From: Epithemia pelagica
Taxonomy: Eukaryota; Protista; Bacillariophyta
Assembly: GCA_946965045.2 (NCBI GenBank)
Contig: OX337229.1
Span: 1-64,000 of the forward strand
Length of the DNA: 64,000 bases
Reading direction: 5' to 3'
The position numbers were made by a program, and so were the translations under genes. Below are positions 10,810 through 24,396 of this stretch, piece after piece. The notes beneath the pieces were generated by a model. That model was not told where the DNA came from and did not search any database. It saw only the letters and a program-made list of their open reading frames with translations. How positions within the stretch are numbered: position 1 is the stretch's first letter; the number at the start of each line of letters is the position of its first letter.

Positions 10810-11524
10810 ATGAAGTCCTTTGTCGCCGCCCTCCTCGTTGCCTCCGCTTCGGCCTTTGCCCCTCAACAACAAAAGGTTGCCTCCACCACCAGTTTGGCTG
10901 CCTTTGAATCCGAATTGGGAGTCCAGGCTCCTGTAAGTGCATTCCGCTTGGAATGGAAACCGGCCGTCTTTGCTAAACGGAAGACAGCAGTTTGCTGAAT
11001 CTTTGGAATATCTGCTCTGACATCTGTCTCTTGTCGGTTCGCGATCACTACAGCTTGGTTTCTACGATCCTTTGGGTTTGTTGAACAATGCTAGCCCCGC
11101 CCGTTTCGAACGTCTTCGGGAAGTCGAACTCAAGCACGGCCGCATCTCCATGTTGGCCGTTGTTGGTTACTTGGTCACTGCCGCCGGAATCCGTTTGCCC
11201 GGTGACATTGACTTCTCCGGCACATCCTTTGCCGATATCCCCAGCGGATTTGGTGCCTTGTCCGCTGTCCCCAAGGAAGGCTGGGGCCAAATCGTTGGTT
11301 TTGTCTTCTTTTTGGAAATGATTATGCGTGACATCAATGGAGATGCCGAATTCATTGGCGACTTCCGTAACGGTGCCATCGACTACGGCTGGGACACCTT
11401 TGATGAAGCCACCAAGCTCAAGAAGCGTGCCATTGAATTGAACCAAGGCCGAGCTGCCATGATGGGAATCTTGGCCCTTATGGTCCACGAACAATTGGGC
11501 GTTCCTCTCATCCCCTCCCTCTAA
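10810..11524 (+). CDS. Lhcf: Fucoxanthin-chlorophyll a/c light-harvesting protein (Lhcf family); exons 10810-10932 and 11054-11524
   Basis: Signal peptide with ASAFAP motif. A phase-0 GTAAGT...CAG intron (10933-11053) joins GVQAP to LGFYDPLG. ELKHGRISMLA and ELNQGRAAMMG are chlorophyll-binding motifs. Confidence 0.97.
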
Positions 11525-12116
11525 ATACCATATCCGTCCAGTTGCAAGTCTGAACAGGTATCACCTTTACAAATCATGATTGATTTTTAAAATATTTATG
11601 TTTACCTTATGTAACGAATCTTTGTGCATTCCGATCGATAGAACAGAAACGAGGCGGATGGAGTGCATGCGTCCAAGTTGCAGCTCATAACTGACTCCAA
11701 AACGAGAACCTCTTGATCGGAACCGCAGCCGGGTAGTATGTTCCTAGAGATGTGAAGCCGAGGACTATGCATAACCAACCAGGAAACTAAAAGAGCCATG
11801 GCTATATACGAATGAACCCCTTCTTGTCTAAAGAAACTCACTCCTGTTCTGCCCGTGAGCACTAGATACAACTTATGAAATGCCAATGCGTTCTGGTGGA
11901 CGGTTCCATCGTGATATTGGGCACATGCGTGGTTCACCACTCTCAGAACCACCGAACCACCATGTCCATCTCTCGAGGTAGACAATACAATACATTCGTT
12001 CCAGTCAAACACATCAAACAAGAGTTACCGACCCCTCCCAGTCCACGACCCCCTCCCCATGAAAATGACATATAGACGATCTATCTATCCATGTATACCA
12101 CGCAAACCGGACAGCA

Positions 12117-13425
12117 TTACCACTGCATCCAAATCGACTCCGGAAACACAAACCCCAACGTCGACAACAGGAGGAACCCCACCAGCCAACGTCCACCGTG
12201 GATTGTCCATGCACTGGCGGCATCCGAGGTCAAAGCTTTTTCGTTCGGATCCTTGATACGATAGGTTTCGTTGGGAACATAGCCTGTACTGAGACACATG
12301 GATTCCGTTGCATTGATGCACTGGAGGCCAGAGCGAGAATCGGGTTCCACGAGAGCACTAGTCGCAATCAGGGTACAAGATAATTGCCGTTCCTGAGCCG
12401 AATATTGAATGGCGCCCTCCTCTTCTGGGTCTCGTCCAAACAAGACCGGGTCTTCGACCACAGGATGTGGCCATTCGGCAAAGTTTTGGGAGGAAGTGAC
12501 GGTAGTGTTCTCAAAGGCTTCAATGTACGACCATCCGATAAAGGTATTGTCGTAAAAACACGTATTTCGAACGTCGAGAGTCCCTCCTTTCATCTTGACA
12601 GCAAATCCGCGAGGACTGGAAAAGGTTCCAGGAAAGTGATTGTTTCGAAACACGACATTGTCCAAGATCAAGTGATGATACTCATTTACGCACCGAATAA
12701 TACCTTCAAATTCAAAGCCCCCTTGACCTATGGTATGGACAATGTTTTCAAAGGTGACATTTCGGAATGTCATGGTGAGCAAATCGAGGCCATCGGACCC
12801 AGCTAGGGGATCAAAGCCTCCCAAGACAGTGCCCGAAGCACGATTATCCTGTTGGTCGGTTTGGGTTCCACGAATACGAGTGAGCAAAGTCCTGAATTGG
12901 GCAAAAAGAAAAGGAATCTGATTTCGAACTTACTTTAAAAATACAATCGGTAAAGGTAATATCTCCCACACCGGCTCCAAAGAAACTTGCTAGTTGCGCA
13001 TCTCCAAAGGTCAATCCTTTGATTTCTACTTCTGAAAGACGAAGGTAGGGAAGCCCACCAAACTTTCCCAAGACGAGACTGTAAGAAGCGCCCTTGACAA
13101 GGCAATTGTTGCTCGACTTGCCATCCTGTCCACATTGCAAGGTCATGCGCGATTTCACCGTCAAGAACTTGTCTACATCACCGTCAAAGACAGTATTCGG
13201 ACACAGAACAAAGACGCGACGAAACGCAAAGTCGGCCGGATCGCTCTTTAGCTCTTCAAAGATTTCGGTTCCATTGCTCCAGCATGGAGGATCCGTGGGG
13301 GAAGGAGCAGGAGGATCGTTTGCATCCACAACGCGGCTCGAACAGAGCACCGCGAGTGCTGTTGCTGCAATCATCAGACTACTTTTCCTCAACAGGCTCA
13401 TCATCGTTCCAAACTGGCGATTCAA
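12117..13425 (-). CDS. Secreted or surface-anchored protein of unknown function, possibly beta-helix (pectin-lyase-like); exons 13425-12934 and 12848-12117
   Basis: N-terminal signal peptide and hydrophobic C-terminus (GPI/TM-like). An 85-nt GTAAGT...CAG intron joins DCIFK to DNRASG in frame. Repeated xTFxNxxFxNN strands. Confidence 0.75.
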
Positions 13426-13833
13426 TTCAATATCTTGCGTTGTTTTGAGAAACTGGTGGTGGTGGTGGATGTCGTTGTTCGTTTTATGTTGGCCTGTGGA
13501 GTGTCGTTGTCGTCATGAATGATGATTGGTCGAACAGATCGTTCTTCCAAGGAGAGAGCTAGTGAAGAGGGAACCCGGAAATGGATGAGCCTCGGTCATC
13601 GCGAAATACTCCCAATCGATTTTGGATTATGGTCCCGCCGAAAAATAATAGCCCTTTTGGGAACGGCTTTCAAATTCCAGCGAGACGACATAAATGAATT
13701 TTCGACAATAAGTGACCTTATACAGTAGACGGGAGATAGGTAGTGGTTTATCGAACCGGCAAAAGAGGATTTCTTCAAACTTTTGGTCCCGAGATCACGG
13801 GAGATCGTCCAATCAGCAATCCACATGTACACT

Positions 13834-15049
13834 GTAGTTTCCCCAAAGAGCCCGAGCCGACTACAACGCGACAACCATGGACGGATCGCCGGACCGGCAT
13901 CCTCATCACCCCTCCTATTACCGGAATAAAGATAGCCATCCCTATTCTCGCAGTCAGCCAGGTGCAAGATGGGAAGAAACACCGACAGGAATGCCTCCTC
14001 CCTATCATCCTCATGAGCATCCCCCATCTTCTAATGTTGTTTCTTACGATCCCTCGTACGACACCTTACTGGCTGAAAAGCATGCCGCCTATGGACCACA
14101 CAGCGATCCTTTACAACCACCATCATCATCATCAAGCTCCAAGGGAGGTGGAAAAGACGAAACCATGGTGGAACTGGGACCGGGCATGTTTGCTCGATTG
14201 CGAGGAGCCAACGAGACGTGGAAATGCATTGAGAACGATTTTCATGTTCCTGTGGTTTGCTATGCCTGCTCATTGGACCTGTGTTGCATTCAAGATGCCT
14301 CCTATGTTCTCTGCCCTAGCTGCCGGACTGTCAGTCCAGTAGAACAAGTCGGATCAGGACACTTTGCAGTGGATCACCGGCCCGGCTCGAACGATGGAGG
14401 CGTTGGGTTGGGCTTTACCTTTGATGATTTGATCAAGTGGCAGGGAGAAATCGTGCGAAGGCGAAGAGCGGCAGCGGAACAACGAAAATTGCAAGAACAA
14501 CCGCAACATCAGCCACATCTTCCCGAATATCGGGTGCATCCCTCCCACTATCATCATCATCGCTCACTGCAACCACCTCCACCCTACCATCATCCAAACC
14601 ATTCATCGTGTGGATCTCCACCACCGCCTGAATCACATCCAGATTCTCGATATTTTTATTGAGTTTGGAAACAACAAACCTTTTTCAAGCGTATGACTAC
14701 TACAAGCCTATATTGCCTCAAACTACATACAAAACCTTTTCTACTCTTCCTTTCTCTCTACTACAATCGACCACTTCTTTTCTTTGGAACAGCATTGGGG
14801 CCTCTGCCATCCAATCAACAAGATGGTACGAGAAAGGAGATTCCACAGTCTTATAGACTTTAAACTAAAACACATTGCTCCACCATGGTCTATTCCTCTC
14901 GCTCGCCTATCTAGTCATGTTTTTCCGGCCTTCTCGTTTGTCCTATGGGGCTGTTGTAGCAAGCATCGAACGTCAGACCTGTCAGCAGTCGCAGCTCGAG
15001 AACCACTTTCTGGTAGGGGAGCTGCGAGACCTCTCGTATGCCTCGGGGC
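13834..15049 (+). repeat. Segmental duplication, copy 1 (direct repeat of 34767-35989)
   Basis: About 1.2 kb of near-identical sequence (roughly 96-97% by eye in the CDS) from GTAGTTTCCCCAAAGAGCCCG to CGGGGC, covering a whole gene plus its 3' flank. Confidence 0.95.
13877..14662 (+). CDS. Pro/His-rich protein with CxxC-x14-CxxC (LSD1-like) zinc finger, paralog A
   Basis: 261-aa ORF with VVCYACSLDLCCIQDASYVLCPSCRTVSP; conserved in two paralogs in the window. Confidence 0.8.
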   Translation: MDGSPDRHPHHPSYYRNKDSHPYSRSQPGARWEETPTGMPPPYHPHEHPPSSNVVSYDPSYDTLLAEKHAAYGPHSDPLQPPSSSSSSKGGGKDETMVELGPGMFARLRGANETWKCIENDFHVPVVCYACSLDLCCIQDASYVLCPSCRTVSPVEQVGSGHFAVDHRPGSNDGGVGLGFTFDDLIKWQGEIVRRRRAAAEQRKLQEQPQHQPHLPEYRVHPSHYHHHRSLQPPPPYHHPNHSSCGSPPPPESHPDSRYFY

Positions 15050-18000
15050 CGATTCTAAGCCGGCATTCTTGCCCGGGGAGGACAAGAAAAAAAAGCCAAA
15101 GTCAATGTGAATCACGTGTCCGCGACTATCAATCAAAATGTTGCCATTGTGTCGATCCTTGAGTTGCAACAAGAAACACACCATGGAATAGGCGGCCAGA
15201 CTCTCCACAAAATTGGCCTTGGCATCGGACAACTCTTCCGTTCCTTCGCCGTAATGATCCATGAAAAAGTTACGTAGATTGGTAAAGTTGGGATCATTCC
15301 GTTTCAACGAATCAATGCTAATGGTATCGGGAATGGCCTCAATGAGTCCGGCTCGATCGGTCAAGGCAATGATTTCGTAGGGACACAGCCACACGGGCAC
15401 TTTTTCCCGGGCCAAAATGGACGCCATGCGATAAATGAGTTGGGAGGCCAATTCTTCTTGTCTCAAGTCGTCATTGGCCTTGATGAGAATGGGAGCCAAT
15501 CGCCATCCGGGATGAGATCCATAGGCCGAAGTTTGTCGGATGCGTTCTTGCTTCACGTGCCAACTTTCCCGAAAGACCACGGGAGGAGGTTTCAAGGATG
15601 CGGCGGCCGCGGCAGCGGCAGCCGCTACACTTGTCGTCGTCGTCGTCGTCGTCGTTGTCTCGAGTCCTCCCATTACAACACTGGTCGACGACGACAAGGA
15701 TGCGTCTCCACCACCACCACCATGGCGGCGGCTCTTGTCATTGTCATCCCCCGATCCATAGGGAAGGGCAATGCCATTGCCAGCACTTTTTCGACGTTTG
15801 TGACTGCTGTGACCATCCAGTTTGCTGGATCGGTGTCGAAGAGTCGTAGTATTACTGCTGCTGGTGGAACTGGCCGGAGATGCCGAAGGGGCACGTTTGC
15901 GGGGCGTCGCCGATCCCATGGCTGGCGAAGACCATTGTCCCATGGGTGGCGGGGGTGGTGGAGGAGGAGGCGGAGCCAATCGATCTCCACCACCATTGTG
16001 GTGGTTATTACTTCTGGCATTGTCGAGCGACGAGCGTGGATCGAGGGACTGGGGAGTCCCATTGATTACTCCAAGGCCAACGTTGTACTCCTGGTCGAGA
16101 CCAACACCACCACCAACACCAATATCCTCGTCATGGTTGGTGTCGTCTGGCAGATCGTCGTCCTCATCATTCATGGTCGATGCGGTTCCTTGGTTTTGCG
16201 TTAAACTCTGCAATTCTTCATTGACGGCATGATCGCGATCCCTCAAATCATTGAATCGTTCTTGCATGGTCGTTTTGACTCGATCCATGGTCCCCTTCAT
16301 GGTTTCTCCGACCCGATTGATGAGGGGTACCAGACGAAGTGGGTTTCGAGGACGATGCCTCCAGTCCAGGACCACTTCTGCTTCGGACATGTGATGATGA
16401 TGATGATTGTGAGAAGGAAGGTGCGGGGAGGATGCCGAGGTCGATCGTAATGGAGGAGGGAACAAGGATGACGCCGTCGCAGCCGAATAGTCCATGAGAG
16501 TACTCGTATTGGGACTCGGATACTTGGTTCTTGCTGTCCCGGTTGTTGTGGTTGTAGTTGTTGTACCACCATCTCCTGTTGCTGCTGCTTCGTCGGCAGT
16601 CCTCCTCGCACCGTGATTTGGATCCGAGGAGGAGACCATGTGTCGTAAAGAGCCTGGATTGGACAAGATTGCTTCGGCGGTCCAGGAGGGTCTCCCACTG
16701 CCACTGCCACTATCGGTTCGTTCCGACAGGGAAAACCGTTAGGGAAAATCCAACAAACTCCACGAAGACGACGTTTCGGTTGTGGTTCCATCGGGTGTCG
16801 AAGGAGATGTCATGCCAGCACCACAACCACCATTGGCTATTGTATTAGGTCCATTACCAGTAGTACTGTTGTTCCCAATGCTTGTAGTATCTTGTGTGGG
16901 CCAATGCACGACTTCCAAGGCCACGATACAGGGAACTCGTTCCTTGGTGGAAATGGGGATACATTCGGGGACGGCGACGCGCCAGACCCGTCCCAAGGAT
17001 GAATGCCCGGGGACATAGACGGCATTGTCGGGCAACAATTCACATTCCAATTGTCGTAGCAAATTGTGCAATTCGTCCTTGCGGGTTTCGCGGGGTACGG
17101 TAAAGAGTACCTCGGCAATGTAAATGAGAGCGTCCAAGAATTGCGGCGTCTTGTCAAATTGTTCCGTCGAATCGCCTGATCCCGACGCCGTGGACTGGTC
17201 TGTCGTAATAGTGGTTGAACGAGTCCGGGGTCGAAAGCCCCACGCCGGTGGTGCCGTCATGTTTTCCAAATGACGTTGGGAGGGCCGTCCCGTCATGGGA
17301 TCCATGGGAATGGCACCCCGTTCGACCAAGTGTCTCGTCCCAAACGACGTTTTAGCAGAAGAAGAAGACGTTGTCGAGGAGGACCAGGACGACAGTGTAG
17401 TATTGTGGTGGTTGTGAAATTCCAAACTGCACGCAGCCGATTCTCCACATTCCTTGACCCGTAACATGAGACGTTCAATCATGGCTCGTTCTTGGGGCAT
17501 GAACTTGTCATTGTCCGCGGCGGCAGCCGCAGCCGCAGTCGTCGCGGTGGCATCCCCGGAAGGTCGGCACAGCGACGCGACAATGGAATCCACAGTCGTG
17601 GAAGTGGTATTCGTTGTTGGTCGTCGTTCCGACACGGCCGGTTGATCCAGATACATACTACTACTTTCGAGTTCGGCGGCGGAATCGAGGGCACTCAATT
17701 GCGATTCGGAATTTTCTCGCGACATGCTCAAAAAGGTTTGCGGTCCTCCACTACTGCCACTGGCGCCACCACCGCCACTACTGGGCACTTCGAGACACCA
17801 GGCCCGCAAAAACCAATAACACTTGTGGGCAAACCGAATATTGGTGCGACACTGATGCAATATCCAGTCTTCCAATCGTTCGGACGACGTTGTGGCTCCA
17901 TGCAACAAAAAGGACAAGAGAGTTGCGGTACCAAAAAGGTGAGGGATTGTCCCTCATCCCATTCAAAGGCGGCCGATAAAAAGCCATTGTCAAAGACATC

Positions 18001-19264
18001 TTCTTGTTCGGCAAACAATTGGAGCAAGACTCGAAAGGGATTGTGAGGATGATTGTGGTGATGCGAATAATGATGGTTGTTGTGGTTGTTCCACAGGGAT
18101 CGCGAGGGAGCCGGGGACGACGACGACGTCGCGGCGGCAGCGCCCGAGATGGATGCCGAATCGGGCATGCGATGACGCGCAAAGTCATCCAACCGTTTGG
18201 ACCATTCTTGCTTGGCACGACGCAACCGACCTTGTACATCCACCAAGAATTCTATTATAACAGACGTCGTCCACGGCAAAACAGAAGAGGATAAACGAAA
18301 AGAAATCAAAACGCAAGGGCCACCACAACAAACGAGAAACACGCATGAATGGTATACGTGAGAAGGTTTGTTTCTTCCAACAACCCACAAAAGTCATACA
18401 CAATTGTTGGGAATGTCTCGTACCATTGACGGCATGTACCAAGGCCGGTTCTTCCTCCTCATTGTCACTGCCATCGTCCCATTCCTCGTCGTCGTCATGG
18501 TCGTCGGACAAGGAAGGATCCCACGCACGTCCCGTTTCGGGGTCGCTTCCGGCTGCGGCTTGTCGTTGGCGTCGTCGTTGCAGTACTTGTTCGTGTCGTT
18601 TCCGTCGACTGCGCAGGGCAAAGTAGACCGATTGGGGTTGTCGTGGTCGTTGATGTTTGGGATGCATGTCCCGCCACGAGGGTGCGGTACTCGTGACATG
18701 ATTCAAGACCAAGACATGACCAGCAGTGGAGAGGGCCGAAAAGACGAGCATCCACCACACTCGTCGCAGGGCATGCAAATGCTGCAACAAGAGACGATGT
18801 GAATGATCAAGAGAATGAGACGACGAATGCCACTCCTCCAGTGGGGATTGTTGAAAAAACAAGGATCGAACCGTCAATAGGGTTGTGGCGTTGTGAGAAT
18901 CGCCATTGTCATTCGTGTCGTGATGGTGGTTCTTGTTGTTGGACGACGTCCCGAACGAAGATACGAGTTCGAGGGGTAAAATGGATTCGGGGATTGTGGA
19001 TTGAGCAAGAGCAATCCCATCATGTGAATGGTCACCAAGATGGCCGTCATGCCATACAAGGCTTGATAGAGTTTGGGAAAGCGGACGGCCGTGCCCGTAT
19101 AGGAATGAAACAAGAAGGGACCCACCAAGGCGGCCATGCGACACACGGCCAGGGGGACCAAGTAATAATTGCCCACCCAAAACTAAACTACAATAGAATA
19201 CGAGAGAATCCGAAACAAGTAAGAACAAGAACAACAACAACAGTATCATGGCAACAACAAGCAT
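14915..19264 (-). pseudogene. Phosphatidylinositol 4-kinase (type III beta/Pik1-like) pseudogene
   Basis: LTFLVPQL/LSFLLHG, FAHKCYWFL, ISTKERVP, ILIKANDDLRQEELASQLI, LKDRHNGNIL, HIDFGF and ESAP motifs. Probable intron 18423-18252 links the upstream hydrophobic exon in frame. Lesions: +2 (TC) frameshift at 17918-17919, in-frame TAA at 16739-16741, and loss of the native kinase C-terminus after ESAP (15044). Confidence 0.88.
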
Positions 19265-20614
19265 GCAAGGAAATCAAAAATACACACACAGCATGAGATG
19301 GGTGCGCATGGAGTTTGTCTGTTTGGTTGCTGACGCGTGTGAGCGCTTCACGACGGTCCTTTGTTTTTTTTTGCTGGTTTGCGTACCTTGTGTGGTGGTC
19401 GAGTCCGGATTCGACTCGTCATGGTCGTCTTGGTGACGCCCCATTCGATGCAAGGAAAGGACGGCTCCATCGCAGACCAAGGCAATCACGGCTGGAATTA
19501 AAAAGGCCATGCTGTTTGTGTGTGTCGGTGTGTGGGTCGAGTTCTAGAAGTAAATATTCGTGCGTTGCTGGTTCGTTCTGGTTGCCGTGGAGAGGATAAA
19601 AGAGAGGTGTTCTGGTGCTTCTCTCTCTCTCTCTCTCTGGTTGACTCCTCCTCCTCCTTTCTCTCGGTGCTTTTCTCACTTGTTCTCTTTCGGGTCGTGA
19701 GGTTCGAACACTCCAACAAAGGGGGAGAGCCGCCGAGGTACGAGCGTCTCGCTCTATTCGAGACGGCAGCCACGACGGAGGTACGAATGCTTGGATCGAT
19801 GATGCCGCCGTGCCCACAAAGAACCACCAAACAAACCAACCAAGGACGTGAGAGAGAGGGGGACAGACAATAACGCAACGAGAATGGACGACAATGATGG
19901 AACTCTCTTTGTGTTTTTGTCTTTTTGTCGCTGCCAACACGACACACCAACACAAAAAGACCCCACACTACCTACTGTATCCCTATCGCTAATCGACTAT
20001 TCTTATTCGGTCGCGGATTTGTGCTCGCTGTGAATGAGAGCAAGAAGGGTGTCTGGCGCGCTCGTGGAAACTCGGAACCAGACCAGTCGCCGGTATGGTT
20101 CCGAATGCTCACAGCGCACTCAAAAGTCAAGCAACCAACTCAACCGAATGGGGTCCCACCCCGATGGTCTCTCTTCTCGTTCAAAGAGAGGAAAATGGCT
20201 CGACGGTCCCGTGTGTCTGTGCTAGAGATTCCTCGAACAAAAGGAGGAGCCACGAATTGTGGGTGGGTAGTAGGGAGAAGCGGCATGGTCCCCCTCGAAG
20301 AAATCCTCCAAGACGGTTCGTGGTTCTTTGTTCCGGTGGCAATGCTCCGTTCCTACACACACAACCTTCTTTTGGGGGTCCACGGTGGTTGGTTGGTTTC
20401 TACAGCAGTCCTTCTTCTTCCAGACGAAACAAAACACTGCGACTCCAGACCGAACGACTGCAACGAATGTCCTGGTCCACGGAGAGTGACCAAACGTTGG
20501 TGCGGTAGACTTGAGGATTTTCGTTGGACTACCTATGCTGCGAGTGTGTGTAGGATGATGGTAGGGTGTCACCATTCGGTTGGGTGCCTTTGTTGTTTCA
20601 TCACCGTTTTATTG

Positions 20615-20846
<232 letters not shown>

Positions 20847-21115
20847 TCCTCCGTTTCGTCCTACACAATCGAATCCAATGATGTGGCTACTCCCTCATCA
20901 TGTCCGGTCACTCTCGCACGTTCTACCTAGTAGTGCCAAAGTACGTAGTGGTACTCGTGGTCGAGCTACCTACCTGTACGAGTCAAACGAATCTTGTGGT
21001 GGTTGGTGGTGGTTCCAGCTGGAGGAGGAGGATGATTCTTTTGTTTGTTGGGGGTAGTAGTCGTAGTTTGCCTCTTGGCCTTACCGCGAATGGGTGGCAC
21101 CGACTGGGCCGTCTC

Positions 21116-21140
21116 GAGTGTGAGTGTGAGTGTGAGTGTG

Positions 21141-21173
<33 letters not shown>
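21116..21173. repeat. Compound microsatellite (GAGTGT)6(GT)11
   Basis: Read directly from the sequence. Confidence 0.95.
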
Positions 21174-22746
21174 TGGGCCCGGTCCAAAAACACCTTTTAT
21201 TACTGCTCCTACTGCTACAACGACTCGCTATTACGGATCCTAGGCATGCCAGAGGTACTCTCTTGGTTCGACTGAGAGCATGATGATATCCGTTCTCCTC
21301 TCCAAGAATGGTTCGAGTGTAGTGGTGTGTTTTGTGTGTTTCGTTCGGTTTTATACAATGCGTAAGGATGGTAGCCTCCAGTTATTCCGAAAAGTCGTTG
21401 GGCGTTGGTCTTCTCCAAAGAACCGCAACCAGCAACCCAACGCCATGGAACCGCAAAATGAGACTCGAGGGAATGGAACCAAGACGATGATGCTGATATG
21501 CTGAGCCCTACTACTACTAGCTAGCGTCGAGAGAGTACCGTGGTTTTTACTCTGGATCAAAGGTATCTCGCAAAATGAAACACACCCCAAAACAAAATAC
21601 TAAAAATAACCAGAGAATTAGCATCATATCGTGAGTGTTGCTTGGCTCTCCTCTCTCCACCGTCGCGAACCGAGGCTATCCTTGCGGAGAAACGAGAATG
21701 ACCTTGTTGGGTGTCAACCCTGTTTTCTTCTGTTACTGCCCCTGCCCCTTCTCCTCGTAGAGCTATAGTCTAGTGTTGGTGCGACAACACAGTGGATTTC
21801 GGATGCCTTTTTTGCCTCTCTCTCTCTCTTGCGTGTGAACTACATCTTCTTGGAACAAACAAGAACATGAACAGACACAAGGGCAATCCCTCCAACATTG
21901 ACCGACCATTGACTGCGTGGTAGAGTTTGGACGTTCCGTATTCGCAATGGGAGAGGATGAGAACCATCCCCAACCGCACATCTCGGAAGCTGGTTGGGTC
22001 GAGACCTATTAGGGTGTTGTTCCGGAAGGAGCGTCCTCCTTTACTTCCGAGCAGTACCGTTGGACTTGGCAACGACTCAAAAGCATTGGTCTCCCTTTCT
22101 TTCGGATCACGAGGTAGTAGATGAGGCTTTTTTGGCTTCTACACTCGCCCCTCCCCTACCCCTATCGAGAGAAGACGAGAAAACGAATACTCAACTCCCA
22201 CACATGACAATTACACGCATACAAAAAATACTAAAGGCGCTATTCTCTATTCGGTGTTCTCCAAGATCCACAAAGTGGATGGTCGTCATTGGCCCCGGAA
22301 AGTGAGCTAACATTCCAGAGGCGATTGATAGTTCTGGTCGGAGTCTGCTCGTGGAATCTCTTTCCGGGCTTTATCCACAGATCGCAAAAGTCATTGAAAC
22401 TTGGTTGGGAAAGGTATTGAAAAATCAGGTTTGTCCAGTATTCAGTTCAGGAGGGCAATTCTACCTGGTCATATTGCCCAACCACTTTCCGGGGGATTGA
22501 TTGATTGTAGGGAAAGAAAACATCACTGGGCCTATCAAAGGTGGCAATACGAGGAGGTGTTGGGGCGGATCGTTTCGCTCGTCTACCGAAGGAGAGCGAT
22601 GCTTCGGACGATTAGTTCGTTGCAGCATCAGAGGAGATTAGAGCAACAACGTGTGGGGAACAATCCGCTCAATTTCACATATATTTGCAACCTGGCCCAA
22701 AATTCGTTTTCAAACCAGTAACCTTGTGTGCCCTTGCCGAAAGACC

Positions 22747-23256
22747 ATGATTTCAAAACTATTACTTGTTGCCTTGTTCTCTCTCCTACTTGGGGAATCT
22801 TCGGCTGGATGCCATATCACACTCAATGTAACCAAGAGTGATGTACCCGATGAATATCAAGGCATAGTATGGCCTGTGATCACACAGGCTATCACCTGCA
22901 TGAAAAAGTTGGAGGAAGGCACAAGCCGTCGATCAAACCTACGCATGCTGAGCTGCCCTGAATATTGCGATCTCCATTGTGATGATTTTAGTACTACAGA
23001 GTTTTGTGAAATGTGGTGTATTCCCTTTGGTTGCGGCCGTCTCCTTACCGACAACACCGACAACACCGACACTTGCGAAGTCACAGAAGTGGCCGAATTG
23101 GACGACAAGCGCAGGGCGTGCATCGATGACGCAATCCGAAAAGTATTGGAGATATCAGCCGATGTATTTGAAGTCAGGAGGGATGATGTCGAGGACGCCG
23201 ACGAGATAAACATTCACACATCCATCAGCCTATGCAACTGTCGAGATGATCTTTGA
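22747..23256 (+). CDS. Secreted cysteine-rich precursor protein, paralog A (169 aa)
   Basis: ATG at 22747 with signal peptide MISKLLLVALFSLLLGESSA. Six-Cys core flanked by RML and RLL; C-terminal CNC. Clear paralog at 28165. Confidence 0.8.
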   Translation: MISKLLLVALFSLLLGESSAGCHITLNVTKSDVPDEYQGIVWPVITQAITCMKKLEEGTSRRSNLRMLSCPEYCDLHCDDFSTTEFCEMWCIPFGCGRLLTDNTDNTDTCEVTEVAELDDKRRACIDDAIRKVLEISADVFEVRRDDVEDADEINIHTSISLCNCRDDL

Positions 23257-23904
23257 TGGACTCGGTAAGATCTGAGATGCACTGGGTTTGTGGGAAACAA
23301 CAAGAACCGTTGACGAGCCTCAACGACTTGTGTTCATGAAACGAACTTCATGAACGCAAGAAAACGCGAAAAAGTATTGGTTGAGAATAACAATCCCGCG
23401 CCTCATGGGATCACTCAACGAGCACGTTCATAACTGGCTTCGACGAAGCGCTCTTATAGATATTGAAACTAAGTCTGTGTTAAAAAAAGGCAATGCATTC
23501 GACTTTGTAGCAGTGGAATTTCAAACAGATGATGCGGAGTTACGAGTCTACTAGGACTATGCAATATGACACCATCGGTAGAGGCTGTAAAGAATCGTAA
23601 CGACCACCAAAGGCATTCTGTCTCGAAGCTTGTGACAGCGCCAAAGAAGCAAGCAACGAGTAGTTCACACACATGGAGATGATAGCGCGACAAATCTGGC
23701 ACCCGCAAAAGACAACCATGGCTGGGTAGGGATACAGATACATGAGACCGAAGGAATGTTCGGGAATGGAAAAAATGACGAACCGCGTGGACTTGAATTC
23801 CGTTTTTCTCACATACCCAACCAAAACCTAGTGTTGTTGTTGTTGGTGGGGTCACTGCGCAAAGGGTCGGTTTCAGCTGATACCAGGAGTTGGTAGACTA
23901 CCTA

Positions 23905-24337
23905 CCGTAATTTGCGGATTCCTGTCCCCCCTATAGTCCTGTCCCCCCCACTCCCCTTAAACGTACATGGCCCCCTAACTTTTTATCTGTAGGTTCTTTC
24001 TGGGCTTATGGGTTACCCCCACATTCCTCACGTTCCGAGCTTTCTATCACACTGCCTGACATTACATGGGAGTGAATCAAAGAGGAGAAACAAGAGATAA
24101 AGCATGATGGGTATTATGATTAGGGTTAAGGCTACGCATTGAAGCACGGTCTTTCCCCTGACTGGAATTGTGCGACCAAACCTTCTCTACAACCCCGAGG
24201 TTGAAAATTAATTTACTACGAAAACAATTGTAGTGTGTGAATGGAATCTTAAGAAAAATTATCCAAAATTGCGTAGTCCTGTCCCCCTCCTCTTAATTTT
24301 TGTACATTCCGGGGGGACAGGAATCCGCAAATTACGG
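23905..24337. mobile_element. MITE (433 bp), Tc1/mariner-type, TA target duplication
   Basis: Perfect 27-bp TIR CCGTAATTTGCGGATTCCTGTCCCCCC (23905-23931) and its reverse complement (24311-24337). TA on both flanks. Internal extra copies of TAGTCCTGTCCCCC. No ORF. Confidence 0.9.
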
Positions 24338-24396
24338 TAGCTAGCTAGCGCAAGTTCCACACAATCATTATTCTATTCTATCTGCTATGCGTCCTA

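Noticed and set aside
24119-24131. TTAGGGTTAAGG inside the first MITE as an interstitial telomeric seed
   Set aside because: Only one perfect unit and one degenerate unit; expected by chance.
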